NCBI GenBank assembly: GCA_963823345.1
Contig: CAWGLE010000004.1
Span: 385,166-449,165, forward strand
Reading direction: 5' to 3'
DNA: 64,000 nucleotides
DNA from: Candidatus Sulfomarinibacteraceae bacterium
GTDB lineage: Bacteria > Acidobacteriota > Thermoanaerobaculia > Thermoanaerobaculales > Sulfomarinibacteraceae
Below are positions 1 to 10,670 of this stretch, in pieces; position 1 is the stretch's first letter, and each line of letters begins with the position of its first letter. The notes beneath the pieces are model-generated. The model made no database searches and was not told the origin of the DNA. It was given only the letters and a program-made list of their open reading frames with translations. The translations under genes were made by a program, and so were the position numbers.

Positions 1-258
1 ACCATCGGTCAGGTCGGTAACAACGACCACTCGAACCTGTCTCTCGGCAAGGCCGGCCGCGCCCGTTGGTTGGGCGTCCGGCCGCAGACCAGGGGCACCG
101 CGATGAACCCGGTGGATCACCCGCACGGCGGGGGCGAGGGCCGCAACAAGGGGCGTCACCCCGTGTCGCCGTGGGGTTGGCCGACCAAGGGCGCCAAGAC
201 CCGCAGCAAGAAGGCGGCGTCGAATCGGCTCATCGTGGCGCGCCGGAAGAAGAAGTAG
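1..258 (+). CDS. rplB: 50S ribosomal protein L2, C-terminal fragment (5' end upstream of window)
   Basis: Frame 1 is open from base 1 to TAG 256-258. The translation ...[36 protein letters not shown]...WGWPTKG is the conserved L2 C-terminus. rpsS follows, as in S10 operons. Confidence 0.95.
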   Translation, partial: TIGQVGNNDHSNLSLGKAGRARWLGVRPQTRGTAMNPVDHPHGGGEGRNKGRHPVSPWGWPTKGAKTRSKKAASNRLIVARRKKK

Positions 259-267
259 GGGGGCGAG

Positions 268-546
268 ATGGCACGTTCAATCCGCAAGGGACCGTTTGTC
301 GACGAGCACCTGGCCAAGAAGGTCGAGGGCGTCAGCGGAGTCGGCGACCGCCGGGTCATCAAGACCTGGTCGCGCCGATCCACCGTCACCCCGCTCATGG
401 TCGGAATGACAATCGCCGTTCACAACGGTCACAAGTTCGTCCCGGTCTTCATCACCGAGAACATGGTCGGACACAAGCTCGGCGAGTTCGCCCCGACCCG
501 GACCTTCCGCGGCCACTCCGGCCGCAAGGAAAAGGGCGCACGGTAG
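268..546 (+). CDS. rpsS: 30S ribosomal protein S19
   Basis: 92-aa [18 protein letters not shown]...[23 protein letters not shown]. Position between rplB and rplV. Confidence 0.95.
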   Translation: MARSIRKGPFVDEHLAKKVEGVSGVGDRRVIKTWSRRSTVTPLMVGMTIAVHNGHKFVPVFITENMVGHKLGEFAPTRTFRGHSGRKEKGAR

Positions 547-552
547 GGGGGA

Positions 553-900
553 ATGATGGAATCACGAGCTCAACTCCGGTATTATCGCTCGTCGCCGCAG
601 AAGGTGCGGTTGGTGGTGGACATGGTGCGGGGCCAGGCGGTCGAGCCGGCTCTCACCACCCTCCAGCTCAGCCCCAAGTATGCGGCCAAAGACGTCGCCA
701 AAGTCGTGAAATCGGCACTTGCCAATCTCGAGCAGGCGCAACCGGGTGTCGACGTCGATCGGGTATTTATCAGCAAGATCACCGTTGACGACGGTCCGCG
801 TCTGCGCCGCGGTCGGCCTGCCTCGAAGTGGGTTCGGATGCACCGGATTCTCAAGAGGATGTGCCACGTCACCGTCGAGTTGTCGGTGCGGGGATCGTAG
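553..900 (+). CDS. rplV: 50S ribosomal protein L22
   Basis: 115-aa [30 protein letters not shown]. Conserved operon position. Confidence 0.93.
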   Translation: MMESRAQLRYYRSSPQKVRLVVDMVRGQAVEPALTTLQLSPKYAAKDVAKVVKSALANLEQAQPGVDVDRVFISKITVDDGPRLRRGRPASKWVRMHRILKRMCHVTVELSVRGS

Positions 901-908
901 GGAGGAAT

Positions 909-1562
909 ATGGGACAGAAAACGCATCCGTACGGTTTCCGCCTCGGGTACAACAATACCTGGCGGTCGCGCTGGTACGCCGATGGCAAGAACTACGCGAA
1001 TCTCCTGCATGAGGACCTGCAGCTGCGCCAGGAGCTGCTGGACCGGCTCGAGAATGCTGCGGTCAGCGCTGTCGACATCGAACGCACGGCGTCGAAACTG
1101 CGTGTCAACATCCTCTCCGGGCGACCGGGCATCATCATCGGCCGCAAGGGCGCCGAGGTGGACAAGCTGCGCGACGATCTCATGCGCCGCTACGGCCAGG
1201 ACATCCACATCAACATCCAGGAGATTCAGCGGCCGGAGATCGACGCCCACCTGATCGCGGCCAACGTCGCCCGTCAGCTCGAGCGCCGGATCGCGTTCCG
1301 CCGTGCCATGCGGCGCGCCATCGAAAACGCGTTGCGCTTCGGCGCCCAGGGCATCAAGATCCGCTGCGCCGGGCGTCTCAACGGCGCCGAGATCGCGCGA
1401 TCCGAGTGGTACCAACAGGGCCGCCTGCCGTTGCACACCTTGAAGGCGGACATCGATTACGGTTTCAAAACCGCCTTCACCACGTTCGGCGTGATCGGGG
1501 TCAAGGTCTGGGTGTATCGCGGCGAGCGCCACCGCGCCCGCGGTCCGCGGCCCCGTCTGTAA
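909..1562 (+). CDS. rpsC: 30S ribosomal protein S3
   Basis: ATG at 909 lies after [29 protein letters not shown] is the canonical S3 N-terminus. The longer track ORF start at 828 overlaps rplV and was not used. Confidence 0.93.
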   Translation: MGQKTHPYGFRLGYNNTWRSRWYADGKNYANLLHEDLQLRQELLDRLENAAVSAVDIERTASKLRVNILSGRPGIIIGRKGAEVDKLRDDLMRRYGQDIHINIQEIQRPEIDAHLIAANVARQLERRIAFRRAMRRAIENALRFGAQGIKIRCAGRLNGAEIARSEWYQQGRLPLHTLKADIDYGFKTAFTTFGVIGVKVWVYRGERHRARGPRPRL

Positions 1563-1573
1563 GGAGTGACGCC

Positions 1574-1990
1574 ATGTTAATGCCGAAAAAGGTCAAGTAC
1601 AGAAAGCAGCAGCGGGGCAAGAACCGCGGCGTTGCTGGGCGCGGCGCCAAGGTGTCGTTCGGCGATTACGCCCTGCAGGCCGTCGAGCGTGGTTGGCTCA
1701 CCGCGCGGCAGATCGAGGCCGCCCGTATCGCGATGACCCGCCACGTCAAGCGCGGCGGCAAGATCTGGATCCGCATTTTTCCGGACAAGCCGATCACGAA
1801 AAAGCCCCTCGAAACCCGGATGGGTAAGGGTAAGGGTCCACCGGAGGAGTGGGTGGCGGTGATCAAGCCAGCGAGAATTCTCTACGAAATGGAAGGTGTC
1901 AACGAAACCATCGCCCGCGAGGCGATGCGTCTGGCCGCCCACAAGTTGCCGATCAAGACTCGTTTCGTGACCAGGAAAGAACAGCTATGA
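1574..1990 (+). CDS. rplP: 50S ribosomal protein L16
   Basis: ATG 1574 lies after [25 protein letters not shown]...; operon position. Confidence 0.93.
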   Translation: MLMPKKVKYRKQQRGKNRGVAGRGAKVSFGDYALQAVERGWLTARQIEAARIAMTRHVKRGGKIWIRIFPDKPITKKPLETRMGKGKGPPEEWVAVIKPARILYEMEGVNETIAREAMRLAAHKLPIKTRFVTRKEQL

Positions 1991-2187
1991 AGGCGAAGGA
2001 AATCCGTGAGCGGTCGGACGACGAGCTCCGCAAGGCGCTGGGCGACCTCGAAGAGCAGCTCTTCAAGCTTCGCTTCCAGAAGTCCACGGGGCAGATCGAA
2101 AACCCCATCAAGATTCGTGAGGTCCGCAAGGACATCGCTCGGGTGCTGACGGTCATCAACGAGCGTCAGACCGAGGGGGGTGCATGA
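1987..2187 (+). CDS. rpmC: 50S ribosomal protein L29
   Basis: ATGA overlap with the rplP stop. [31 protein letters not shown]. Confidence 0.92.
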   Translation: MKAKEIRERSDDELRKALGDLEEQLFKLRFQKSTGQIENPIKIREVRKDIARVLTVINERQTEGGA

Positions 2188-2453
2188 TGAGCAGCAACAA
2201 AAAGGGCGCGAACAAGACCACCAAGATCGGTCTGGTGACGTCCAACGGCGCCGACAAATCGGTGGTGGTGAGGGTGGAGAACCTGGTCATGCATCCGCTG
2301 TACCAGAAGTTCATGCGAACGACCTCCAAATTCATGGCTCACGACGAAGAAAACACGTGTAACGAGGGCGATCGGGTGCTGATCGAGGAGTGCCGGCCGC
2401 TTTCCAAGCGCAAACGCTGGCGTGTCCGCAAGGTCATCGAGCGGGCGCAGTAG
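2184..2453 (+). CDS. rpsQ: 30S ribosomal protein S17
   Basis: 89-aa ORF overlapping the rpmC stop. ...[30 protein letters not shown]. Confidence 0.92.
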   Translation: MMSSNKKGANKTTKIGLVTSNGADKSVVVRVENLVMHPLYQKFMRTTSKFMAHDEENTCNEGDRVLIEECRPLSKRKRWRVRKVIERAQ

Positions 2454-2467
2454 CGGGGGGGGTTGCG

Positions 2468-2839
2468 ATGATTCAGATGGGTACACTGCTGACGGTCGCC
2501 GACAACTCCGGCGCTCGAAGGTTGTTTGCGATCCGCCAGCTCGGCGGGTCGTCCGCCCCGCGGTATGCGGGTCTCGGCGATATTATCGTGTGCTCCGTCA
2601 AGGAAGCGGCGCCGGAGTCGGACATCAAAAAAGGCACCGTGGTCAAGGCGGTGATCGTCCGCACCCGTTCGCGCGCCCGCCGCAAGGACGGTACGTACAT
2701 CAAGTTCGATGAAAACGCGGCGGTTCTGGTCAATGCCGAAAAGGACCCGATCGGCACCCGCGTCTTCGGTCCGGTCGCACGGGAGCTTCGTGAGCGGCGT
2801 TTCATGAAGATCGTCTCGCTGGCGCCCGAGGTTCTTTAG
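2468..2839 (+). CDS. rplN: 50S ribosomal protein L14
   Basis: Internal ATG at 2468 gives [18 protein letters not shown] (123 aa), the canonical L14 start. Confidence 0.93.
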   Translation: MIQMGTLLTVADNSGARRLFAIRQLGGSSAPRYAGLGDIIVCSVKEAAPESDIKKGTVVKAVIVRTRSRARRKDGTYIKFDENAAVLVNAEKDPIGTRVFGPVARELRERRFMKIVSLAPEVL

Positions 2840-2846
2840 GAGCGAA

Positions 2847-3167
2847 ATGATGAAGATCAAAAAAGGTGACACCGTCGAGGTCGTGGCCGGCAAGGACAGC
2901 GGCAAGCGCGGCCGCGTGCTGGTGGTCGACAGGGATCGTGAGCGGTTGGTGATCGAGGGCGTCAACATGATCAAGCGCCACACCCGGCCCAACCCGCAGA
3001 AAAACGTCAAAGGTGGGATTGTGGAGCGCGAGGCCCCCATTCACGTGTCGAACGTGATGGTGCTGTCCCCGGACAGCGGCCAGCGGTCCAGAATCGGATA
3101 TCGAATTCTCGACGACGGACGGAAGGTCCGTGTCGCCAAGGTCGACGGCGCGATTCTCGACCGATAG
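2847..3167 (+). CDS. rplX: 50S ribosomal protein L24
   Basis: [25 protein letters not shown] (KOW motif); operon position. Confidence 0.92.
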   Translation: MMKIKKGDTVEVVAGKDSGKRGRVLVVDRDRERLVIEGVNMIKRHTRPNPQKNVKGGIVEREAPIHVSNVMVLSPDSGQRSRIGYRILDDGRKVRVAKVDGAILDR

Positions 3168-3175
3168 GAGGGACG

Positions 3176-3718
3176 ATGGCGCGCTTACTGAAGAAATACC
3201 GTGACGAGGTCTTCCCGCAGCTCCAGAAGGACTTCGGGCTGACCAACCCCATGCAGGTGCCGAAGATCACCAAGATCACCTGCAACATCGGCGTCGGCGA
3301 AGCCAGCCGCAATGCCAAGCTCGTGGATGTGGCGATGGAGCAGCTCGTCAGCATCACCGGCCAGCAGCCGGAGATCCGGCGGGCCCGCAAGTCGATCGCC
3401 GCATTCAAACTCCGCGAGGGCATGCCGGTGGGGGCTCGAGTGACGCTCCGCAGGGAACGCATGTACGAGTTTCTGGATCGGCTGATTTCGATCGGGCTGC
3501 CCCGGGTGCGCGACTTCAGGGGGATTTCCGCGAATGCCTTCGACGGCCGCGGCAACTACACCCTCGGCATCCGCGACATCCTGGTCTTTCCCGAGGTCGA
3601 CTACCAGAAGCTCGAAAGCACCATGGGTATGAACATCACCATCACCACGACGGCACCCACCGATGACCAGGCGCGCGCGCTTCTGGCCGGGATGGGGATG
3701 CCGTTCAAGAGTCGTTAG
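3176..3718 (+). CDS. rplE: 50S ribosomal protein L5
   Basis: 180-aa [37 protein letters not shown]. Confidence 0.93.
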   Translation: MARLLKKYRDEVFPQLQKDFGLTNPMQVPKITKITCNIGVGEASRNAKLVDVAMEQLVSITGQQPEIRRARKSIAAFKLREGMPVGARVTLRRERMYEFLDRLISIGLPRVRDFRGISANAFDGRGNYTLGIRDILVFPEVDYQKLESTMGMNITITTTAPTDDQARALLAGMGMPFKSR

Positions 3719-3726
3719 GAGGCACC

Positions 3727-3912
3727 GTGGCACGCAAGGCGATGATCGCAAAGAGCCTGAGGAAGCCGAAGTTCAAGATCCGTCAACGCAATCGATGCCA
3801 GGCGTGCGGTCGTCCGCGAGGCTACATGCGCAAATTCAGATTGTGCCGCCTGTGCTTCCGCAAGCTGGCCCTCGAGGGATTTCTCCCCGGGGTCACCAAG
3901 GCGAGCTGGTGA
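3727..3912 (+). CDS. rpsN: 30S ribosomal protein S14, short zinc-ribbon (type Z) form
   Basis: 61-aa ORF with a GTG start and [20 protein letters not shown] (CxxC...CxxC). Confidence 0.92.
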   Translation: MARKAMIAKSLRKPKFKIRQRNRCQACGRPRGYMRKFRLCRLCFRKLALEGFLPGVTKASW

Positions 3913-3922
3913 GGTAAAGATC

Positions 3923-4321
3923 ATGAGCATGACTGACCCGATCGCCGATTTGTTGACCCACATCCGGAATGCCACGACGGTCCGTCACGACCGTACCGAC
4001 GTTCCGGCTTCGAAGATGAAGCTCGAGGTCGCCAAGATCCTCAAGCAGGAAGGCTTTATCCGCACCTTCAAGGTGATTGAGGAAGGTCCGCAGGGCACCA
4101 TCCGCATTTACCTGAAGTACGCCGAGGACGGCGAACCCGTGATCCACGGTTTGAAACGGGTGTCGCGGCCGGGCTGCAGGATCTACCGGCGCGTGGGAGA
4201 TCTGCCGAAAGTCCGCAACGGTCTCGGGATCGCGGTGATCTCGACCAATCGGGGCGTCCTCACCGACGAGCAGGCGCGCGGCCTGAGCGTGGGTGGCGAA
4301 ATCCTGTGCGAGATCTGGTAG
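3923..4321 (+). CDS. rpsH: 30S ribosomal protein S8
   Basis: MSMTDPIADLLTHIRNA...; 132 aa; operon position. Confidence 0.93.
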   Translation: MSMTDPIADLLTHIRNATTVRHDRTDVPASKMKLEVAKILKQEGFIRTFKVIEEGPQGTIRIYLKYAEDGEPVIHGLKRVSRPGCRIYRRVGDLPKVRNGLGIAVISTNRGVLTDEQARGLSVGGEILCEIW

Positions 4322-4330
4322 GGAGACGAC

Positions 4331-4876
4331 ATGTCACGGATAGGAAAGATGCCGATTGTGGTGCCGAAAGGCGTCCAGATCACGGTCACCGGTGAGGCGG
4401 TCACGGTCAAAGGTCCCAAGGGCCAGTTGCAGGTGGACCTCTTGCCTGGCGTCACCGCCGCTTTGGAGGACGGAAAACTGAGCGTCAGCCGGGCCGATGA
4501 ATCGGCGCCGACCCGCTCGTACCACGGTCTGGTGCGCTCGCTGCTGGCGAACGCGGCGACCGGCGTGTCCGAAGGCTGGTCAAAAGAGCTCGAAATCGTC
4601 GGTATCGGCTTCCGGGCCGAGAGCAAGGGCGCGAGCGTCGTGTTCAACCTCGGCTATTCGCACCCGATCGATTTTGCGGTTCCCGCCGGCATCCAGATCG
4701 AGGTCGAGCCCAAGACCAACAAGGTGAAGGTCACGGGCTTCGACCGCCAGCAGGTGGGCCAGGTGGCGGCGGATATCCGCTCGTTGCGGCCGCCGGAGCC
4801 GTACAAGGGCAAGGGTATCCGTTACGCGAACGAACGGATTCGCATCAAGGCAGGGAAGCAGGGGGCCTCAGCATGA
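4331..4876 (+). CDS. rplF: 50S ribosomal protein L6
   Basis: [19 protein letters not shown]...; 181 aa. Confidence 0.93.
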   Translation: MSRIGKMPIVVPKGVQITVTGEAVTVKGPKGQLQVDLLPGVTAALEDGKLSVSRADESAPTRSYHGLVRSLLANAATGVSEGWSKELEIVGIGFRAESKGASVVFNLGYSHPIDFAVPAGIQIEVEPKTNKVKVTGFDRQQVGQVAADIRSLRPPEPYKGKGIRYANERIRIKAGKQGASA

Positions 4877-5241
4877 GCCGGGTAAAAGATCGTAAGCAGC
4901 GTCGGGTCAAGATCAAGCGCCGCTTCCGCGCGGCCGTTCGCGGCACCGCGGATCGTCCCCGTTTGTCGGTGTATCGCAGCCTCCGCCACGTGTACGCCCA
5001 GGTCATCGACGACGAAAAGGGGGTCACCCTGGTGTCGGCGTCGACTCTGGAAAAGGCGGCGGCGGGCGGCCTCAAGACAACCGGCAACTGCGACGCGGGC
5101 ACGTTCCTCGGCAAGCTCATTGCAGAGCGGGCCAGGGAGCGAGGAGTGGAGTCGGTGGTCTTCGATCGCAGTGGTTTTTCTTACCACGGGGTGGTCCAGG
5201 CCATCGCCAACGGCGCCCGCGAAGCGGGTCTGAAGTTCTAG
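4873..5241 (+). CDS. rplR: 50S ribosomal protein L18
   Basis: Overlaps the rplF stop. ...[20 protein letters not shown]...[19 protein letters not shown]. Confidence 0.92.
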   Translation: MSRVKDRKQRRVKIKRRFRAAVRGTADRPRLSVYRSLRHVYAQVIDDEKGVTLVSASTLEKAAAGGLKTTGNCDAGTFLGKLIAERARERGVESVVFDRSGFSYHGVVQAIANGAREAGLKF

Positions 5242-5244
5242 GGG

Positions 5245-5784
5245 TTGATGAATATGATGAACCGAGAGTCCGAGTTTGCAGAATCAGTCGTCCACATCAA
5301 CCGCGTCGCCAAGGTGGTGAAGGGCGGAAAGAACTTCTCCTTCTCCGCCGTGGTGGTCGCCGGTGACGGTTCGGGGAAGGTCGGCTACGGAACGGGCAAG
5401 GCCCGTGAAGTTCCGCCCGCGATCCAGAAGGCGAGCGAGCAGGCGCGCAAGGAAATGGTGAGCATTCCGATGGTCGGCGGCACGGTTCCCCACCTGGTGT
5501 GGGGTCGTTGGGGCGCCACCAGGGTTCTGCTCCGCCCCGCGTCGCCGGGCACGGGCGTGATCGCCGGCGGCGGCGTGCGTGCGGTGATGGAGTCGGCCGG
5601 TGTGGCCGATGTGCTGACAAAAATCGTCGGGAGCCGCAATCCCTTCAATGTCGTCCGTGCCACGTTCGACGCGATCGACAGGCTGATGACCCAAAGCCAG
5701 GTCCAGCGTCTGCGCGGGTCGAGCGTCGAAGCCGAGGCCGAGATCGAGAAGAAATCGGCGGCGCCCGAGGAGGGTGACAACTGA
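5245..5784 (+). CDS. rpsE: 30S ribosomal protein S5
   Basis: ...[28 protein letters not shown].... The start is ambiguous (TTG 5245 or ATG 5248/5254). Confidence 0.9.
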   Translation: MMNMMNRESEFAESVVHINRVAKVVKGGKNFSFSAVVVAGDGSGKVGYGTGKAREVPPAIQKASEQARKEMVSIPMVGGTVPHLVWGRWGATRVLLRPASPGTGVIAGGGVRAVMESAGVADVLTKIVGSRNPFNVVRATFDAIDRLMTQSQVQRLRGSSVEAEAEIEKKSAAPEEGDN

Positions 5785-6254
5785 TGACCGCAGAAAAGAA
5801 AGAACCGAAGGCCGCCGGCGAGAAGAAACCGGCGAAGAAGGCGGCCCCGAAAAAAGCCGCAACGGCCAAGACCGCGGCGAAGAAGGCGGCCCCCAAAAAG
5901 GCCGCTGCGGAAAAAGCTGCGCCGAAGAAGCCGGCCGCCAAGAAGGCCGCGCCGAAAAAGGCGACCGTGAAAACGGCCGCGCCCAAGGCGGCGCCGAAAA
6001 AGCCGAAGGCGACCGCGACTGCCGAGAAGCCCGCGGCCGCGAAAATCGCCAAGGAAACGGCGAGCGCCGGCGGGATGCTCAAGATCACCCAGGTCAAGAG
6101 CCAGATCGGTTTTGCCGGAAAACAGAAAAAGGTCCTGATCGGTCTCGGGCTTGGACGCATCGGCCGCACGGTGATCCGCAAGGACGATGCCTGCATCCGC
6201 GGCATGGTGACCAAGGTCATCCACCTGGTGTCGGTCGAGAAATTGGAGGGCTGA
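5784..6254 (+). CDS. rpmD: 50S ribosomal protein L30 with a 97-aa Lys/Ala/Pro-rich N-terminal extension
   Basis: ATG 5784 overlaps the rpsE TGA (TGATG). The frame is continuous through (A/P)KKAA repeats into the canonical L30 core MLKITQVKSQIGFAGKQKKVL starting at 6075. Confidence 0.8.
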   Translation: MTAEKKEPKAAGEKKPAKKAAPKKAATAKTAAKKAAPKKAAAEKAAPKKPAAKKAAPKKATVKTAAPKAAPKKPKATATAEKPAAAKIAKETASAGGMLKITQVKSQIGFAGKQKKVLIGLGLGRIGRTVIRKDDACIRGMVTKVIHLVSVEKLEG

Positions 6255-6257
6255 GTC

Positions 6258-6707
6258 ATGGAACTGCATGATCTGCATCCCGCACCCGGAGCAAAACGTT
6301 CTCGCAAACGCGTGGGACGGGGCCCCGGCTCGGGCAACGGCAAGACCGCAGGCAAGGGCCACAAAGGCCAGAAGTCGCGCAGCGGCTATTCCCGCCGGTT
6401 CGGTTTCGAGGGCGGCCAGATGCCGCTCGTCCGTCGCCTCCCGAAGCGTGGTTTCACCAACATCTTCCGGGTCGAGTTTCAAGTTGTGAATCTCCGCGAC
6501 CTGGAGCGGGTGTTTGCCGACGGCGACACCGTGACTCCCGCAACTCTCGCGGAAAAGGGTCTCTCCAGGGGCGGCAAGCGACCGGTCAAGATCCTCGGCG
6601 ACGGTGAGATCTCCAAGAAGCTCAACGTCCAGGTGCACAAGTTCTCTGAAGCGGCCCGCGCCGGGATCGAAAAGGCCGGTGGCAGCTGTGAAGTGGTGAC
6701 ATCGTGA
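6258..6707 (+). CDS. rplO: 50S ribosomal protein L15
   Basis: [38 protein letters not shown]. Confidence 0.93.
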   Translation: MELHDLHPAPGAKRSRKRVGRGPGSGNGKTAGKGHKGQKSRSGYSRRFGFEGGQMPLVRRLPKRGFTNIFRVEFQVVNLRDLERVFADGDTVTPATLAEKGLSRGGKRPVKILGDGEISKKLNVQVHKFSEAARAGIEKAGGSCEVVTS

Positions 6708-8092
6708 TCGACAGTTTCCGCAACATCTTCGCAATTCCCGACCTGCGCAAACGGGTGTTCTTCACGTTCGCGCTGTTGGCGGTGTACCGGCTTGGTGCAT
6801 TCATCCCGATCCCGGGCATCGATCCGGTGGCAATCGCCGAATTCACCAAGGCTGCAGAAGGCACCGTGCTCGGTTTCCTCAATCTCTTTTCGGGTGGGGC
6901 TCTCGGGCGGATGACGGTGTTTGCGCTGGGCATCATGCCCTACATTTCGGCCTCGATCATCCTGCAGCTGTTGACGGTGGTGTGGCCCTATCTCGAGAAG
7001 CTCTCCAAGGAGGGCGAGCTGGGGCGCCGCAAGATCACGCAGTACACCCGGTACGGCACCGTGGTGCTGTCGGTCATCCAGGCGATGGGTATTTCGTTCT
7101 TCCTCGAACGGACGTCGGCTCCTGGAGGCGCGCCGCTGGTGCCCGAGCACTTCCAGGGTTGGGGTTTCCGGCTCCTGACCGTTCTCACCCTGACGACGGG
7201 GACCGCCTTCGTCATGTGGCTCGGCGAGCAGATCTCCGAACGCGGCATCGGCAACGGCATCTCGCTGATCATTTTTGCCGGGATCGTGGTCGGTCTGCCG
7301 GCGGCGATCTTCAACACCCTGACCGATATCAAGACCGGAGCGCTCAACATCATCACGGTCGTGATCCTGATCGGATTCATGATCCTGGTGGTGGCCGCCA
7401 TCGTCTACATGGAACGCGCACAGCGGCGTATCCCGATCCAGTACGCCAAGCGGGTCGTCGGACGTCGCGTGTACGGCGGCCAGAGCACCTACTTGCCGCT
7501 GCGAATCAACACCGGCGGCGTGATCCCGGTGATTTTCGCCGCCTCCATCATGTCGTTTCCGCAGACCCTCGGCCAGATGATCGACAACCGCTGGCTGCAG
7601 AAGATCACCGAGGCGCTGGCGTGGGGCGAGCCCCTCTACAACCTCGTGTACTTCCTCTCGATCGTGTTCTTCTGCTACTTCTACACGTCGATCATCTTCA
7701 ACCCCGAGGACACGGCCGAGAACATGCGCAAGTACGGCGGCTTCATCCCGGGTATCCGTCCCGGCAAGAGGACCGCCGAGTTCATCGACAAGATCCTCAC
7801 CCGGATCACGCTGGTGGGCGCGGTCTATCTGGCGCTGGTGGCCATCCTGCCGGAGATTCTGATCGCCGGGTTCAAGGTCGCGACCATCCCCTTTATCGGA
7901 CCATCGTTAGACGCGCTTCTGCCGGCGTGGTTCACCCAGGGTCTCGGCGTGAAGTTCTTCTTCGGCGGCACCTCGCTGCTGATCGTGGTCGGGGTGGCGA
8001 TGGACACCGTGAACCAGATCGAATCGCAGCTGGTGATGCGCCACTACGACGGCTTCATGCGCAAGGGGCGCGTGCGTGGGAGGCGTGGTTAG
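6704..8092 (+). CDS. secY: Preprotein translocase subunit SecY
   Basis: 462-aa polytopic membrane ORF. ...[27 protein letters not shown]...[23 protein letters not shown].... Confidence 0.95.
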   Translation: MIDSFRNIFAIPDLRKRVFFTFALLAVYRLGAFIPIPGIDPVAIAEFTKAAEGTVLGFLNLFSGGALGRMTVFALGIMPYISASIILQLLTVVWPYLEKLSKEGELGRRKITQYTRYGTVVLSVIQAMGISFFLERTSAPGGAPLVPEHFQGWGFRLLTVLTLTTGTAFVMWLGEQISERGIGNGISLIIFAGIVVGLPAAIFNTLTDIKTGALNIITVVILIGFMILVVAAIVYMERAQRRIPIQYAKRVVGRRVYGGQSTYLPLRINTGGVIPVIFAASIMSFPQTLGQMIDNRWLQKITEALAWGEPLYNLVYFLSIVFFCYFYTSIIFNPEDTAENMRKYGGFIPGIRPGKRTAEFIDKILTRITLVGAVYLALVAILPEILIAGFKVATIPFIGPSLDALLPAWFTQGLGVKFFFGGTSLLIVVGVAMDTVNQIESQLVMRHYDGFMRKGRVRGRRG

Positions 8093-8096
8093 GCCG

Positions 8097-8862
8097 ATGA
8101 TCTGCCTGAAATCCGAACGCGAGCTGGAGACCATGGACAGGGCGAACGCCCTCGTCCATCGGGTGCTCCGTGCGGTCCAGGAGGCCGCCGTTCCGGGCAT
8201 CGCCACCGGCGATCTCGACGCGCTCGCCGAGGAGATGATCGTGGCAGGCGGCGGGACGCCGGCGTTCAAGGGTTATCGGGGGTACCCGGCGACGCTGTGC
8301 ACGTCGGTCAACGACGTGATCGTCCACGGCATCCCGAACGGCAAGAACCGGCTGCGTGAGGGCGACCTGGTGAGCGTGGACTGCGGCGTCCTGCTCGACG
8401 GGTTTCTACGGCGATGCTGCGGTGAGCTTCGGTGTCGGCGAGGTCAGCGAGGAAGCGAACCGCCTCATGGAGGTCACCCGTCTCTGCCTCGAGGACGCCG
8501 TTTCCGCGGTGAGTCCGGACGCTCGTCTGGGTGATGTCGGGGCGGCGGTTCAGGCCCGGGCGGAGGCCGCAGGCTTCGGCGTCGTCCGCGAGTTCGTGGG
8601 TCACGGCATCGGCCGCTCCCTCCACGAAGAGCCACAGGTTCCCAATTATGGAAAGCCCGGCCACGGGCAACGTCTCAAGCCGGGTCTCGTAATCGCGATC
8701 GAGCCCATGATCACTGGTGGGAGTTGGCGGGTGTCCATCGACGATGACGGCTGGACAGCAAGGACCGAAGACGGTAAACTCGCCGCCCATTTTGAATGGT
8801 CGGTGGCCGTCACCGCCGACGGCCATCGTGTGCTCGGTCTCGAGGAGAATATGAATGCCTAA
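8097..8862 (+). CDS. map: Type I methionine aminopeptidase, interrupted by an apparent 1-nt insertion near 8400-8405
   Basis: Frame A (8097 onward) reads [20 protein letters not shown]...[12 protein letters not shown]. Frame B (to 8862) reads ...[18 protein letters not shown]...[18 protein letters not shown].... Removing one base from GACGGGTTTCTAC restores [15 protein letters not shown]. Confidence 0.85.
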
Positions 8863-9073
8863 GGAAGAGGCGATTGAAGTCGTGGCTTCAGTCATTGAGC
8901 CACTGCCCAACGCGATGTTTCGTGTCGAGTTGGAAAACGGCCACGAAGTACTGGCCCACATCTCCGGCAAGATGCGAAAACACTTCATCCGCATTCTTCC
9001 GGGCGACAAGGTTCTGGTGGAGCTCTCTCCGTACGATCTGAAGAGAGGGCGCATCGTGTACCGCTACAAATAG
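8855..9073 (+). CDS. infA: Translation initiation factor IF-1
   Basis: 72 aa [51 protein letters not shown]. Confidence 0.95.
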   Translation: MPKEEAIEVVASVIEPLPNAMFRVELENGHEVLAHISGKMRKHFIRILPGDKVLVELSPYDLKRGRIVYRYK

Positions 9074-9084
9074 GAGGGACGGCG

Positions 9085-9198
9085 ATGAAAGTTCGACCGT
9101 CGGTCAAGAAAATGTGTACGAAATGCAAGATCATCCGCCGCAAGGGTGTGGTTCGGGTGATCTGCGAAAACCCCAAGCACAAGCAGCGGCAAGGGTGA
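9085..9198 (+). CDS. rpmJ: 50S ribosomal protein L36
   Basis: Hand-translated 37-aa ORF, below the track cut-off: [37 protein letters not shown]. Sits between infA and rpsM. Confidence 0.9.
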   Translation: MKVRPSVKKMCTKCKIIRRKGVVRVICENPKHKQRQG

Positions 9199-9210
9199 TC
9201 CTGGAGGTAT

Positions 9211-9597
9211 GTGGTGGCACGCATAGCAGGCGTTGATCTGCCGTCCGGCAAGAGAGTCGAGATCGGCCTGACCTATATCTACGGGATCGGTCGCACCCGT
9301 GCGATGAAAATCCTGTCGAAGGCGAAGGTCGAAGAGGGTATCAGGGTCAAGGACCTCTCCGAAGACGAGGTGCTGCGGATCCAGCAGGTCATCCAGAACG
9401 AGGGCATGGTCGAGGGCGATCTCCGTCGTGAGGTCGCGATGAACATCAAGCGCCTCATCGAGATCGGCAGCTACCGTGGGATGCGCCACCGTCGCGGTCT
9501 TCCCGTGCGCGGGCAGCGGACCCACACCAACGCGCGTGGTCGCAAGGGACCGCGCCGCCAGGCGGTCGCCGGTAAGAAGAAGACGGCCAAGAAATAG
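9211..9597 (+). CDS. rpsM: 30S ribosomal protein S13
   Basis: GTG start (9211 or 9214). (M)[25 protein letters not shown]. Confidence 0.92.
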   Translation: MVARIAGVDLPSGKRVEIGLTYIYGIGRTRAMKILSKAKVEEGIRVKDLSEDEVLRIQQVIQNEGMVEGDLRREVAMNIKRLIEIGSYRGMRHRRGLPVRGQRTHTNARGRKGPRRQAVAGKKKTAKK

Positions 9598-9617
9598 GCA
9601 GCAGGCGGGAGAACTCC

Positions 9618-10013
9618 ATGGCAAAAGAACGCAAAGGTGCGCGCAAACCGCGACGGGAACGGAAGATCGTCCCGCATGCGGTGGCCCATATCCACGCCAC
9701 CTTCAACAATACGATCGTGACCTTCGTGGACCCGAGCGGAGGAGCCCTGTGCTGGTCCTCCGGCGGCCAGATCGGCTACAAGGGATCCCGCAAGGGCACG
9801 CCCTATGCGGCCCAGCTGGCGGCCAAGAATGCCGCCGACCAGGCGCAGGAATACGGTGTCCGCAGCGTGGATGTCCGGGTCAAGGGACCGGGTCCCGGCC
9901 GCGAGTCCGCGATTCGTGCGGTTGCCGCGAGCGGGCTCGACATCAGGAGCATTCGCGACGTCACACCGATTCCGCACAACGGATGCCGCCCGCCGAAACG
10001 GCGCAGAGTGTAG
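9618..10013 (+). CDS. rpsK: 30S ribosomal protein S11
   Basis: ...[28 protein letters not shown]...; 131 aa. Confidence 0.93.
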   Translation: MAKERKGARKPRRERKIVPHAVAHIHATFNNTIVTFVDPSGGALCWSSGGQIGYKGSRKGTPYAAQLAAKNAADQAQEYGVRSVDVRVKGPGPGRESAIRAVAASGLDIRSIRDVTPIPHNGCRPPKRRRV

Positions 10014-10028
10014 GACAGGGGAGAATCA

Positions 10029-10658
10029 ATGGCTCGTTACAGAGGACCGGTCTGTCGGTTGTGTCGCCGCGAGGGCATGAAGCTCTTTTTAAAAGGCGAG
10101 CGCTGTTACAAGGAAAAGTGTGCGATCGAGCGGCGCAACGCGCCTCCAGGTCAGCACGGAATGGGCCGCCGCCGCAAGGTGCGGGCCTACGGCCTGCAGC
10201 TGCGGGAAAAGCAGAAGCTCCGGCGCATCTACGGCCTGCTCGAGGCCCAGTTCCGGGGCACGTTCGACGAGGCCAACCGCCGCAAAGGTGTCACCGGTGA
10301 CAACCTGCTGCAGCTGCTCGAGACCAGGCTCGACAACGTCGTGTACTCGCTCGGTTTCGCGACCTCCCGCACCCAGGCGCGCCAGCTCGTACGGCACGGG
10401 CACATCGAAGTCGACGGCCGCCGGGTGAACATCCCGTCCTTCAGAGTGGGACCGGCGATGGAAATCGGGGTTCGCGAATCGAGCCTCAAGAACCCTCTCA
10501 TCACCGAAGCGGTGGAGTTCGCCCAGGGCCGCGGCATCCCGGCCTGGTTGGAGCTCGATGCAGGCGCTCTCAAAGGCAAGGTCGTCGAAAAGCCGACCCG
10601 AGAAGATATCCGTTTCCCGATCCAGGAGCAGCTCATCGTCGAGCTCTACTCCCGATAA
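10029..10658 (+). CDS. rpsD: 30S ribosomal protein S4
   Basis: [27 protein letters not shown]...; 209 aa. Confidence 0.93.
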   Translation: MARYRGPVCRLCRREGMKLFLKGERCYKEKCAIERRNAPPGQHGMGRRRKVRAYGLQLREKQKLRRIYGLLEAQFRGTFDEANRRKGVTGDNLLQLLETRLDNVVYSLGFATSRTQARQLVRHGHIEVDGRRVNIPSFRVGPAMEIGVRESSLKNPLITEAVEFAQGRGIPAWLELDAGALKGKVVEKPTREDIRFPIQEQLIVELYSR

Positions 10659-10670
10659 TTTGGAGGCCGC

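Noticed and set aside
5784-6074. Lys/Ala/Pro-rich segment as a separate histone-like gene
   Set aside because: There is no stop codon between it and the L30 core, and no obvious SD at 6075. It is therefore treated as an N-terminal extension, with the start site flagged for verification.
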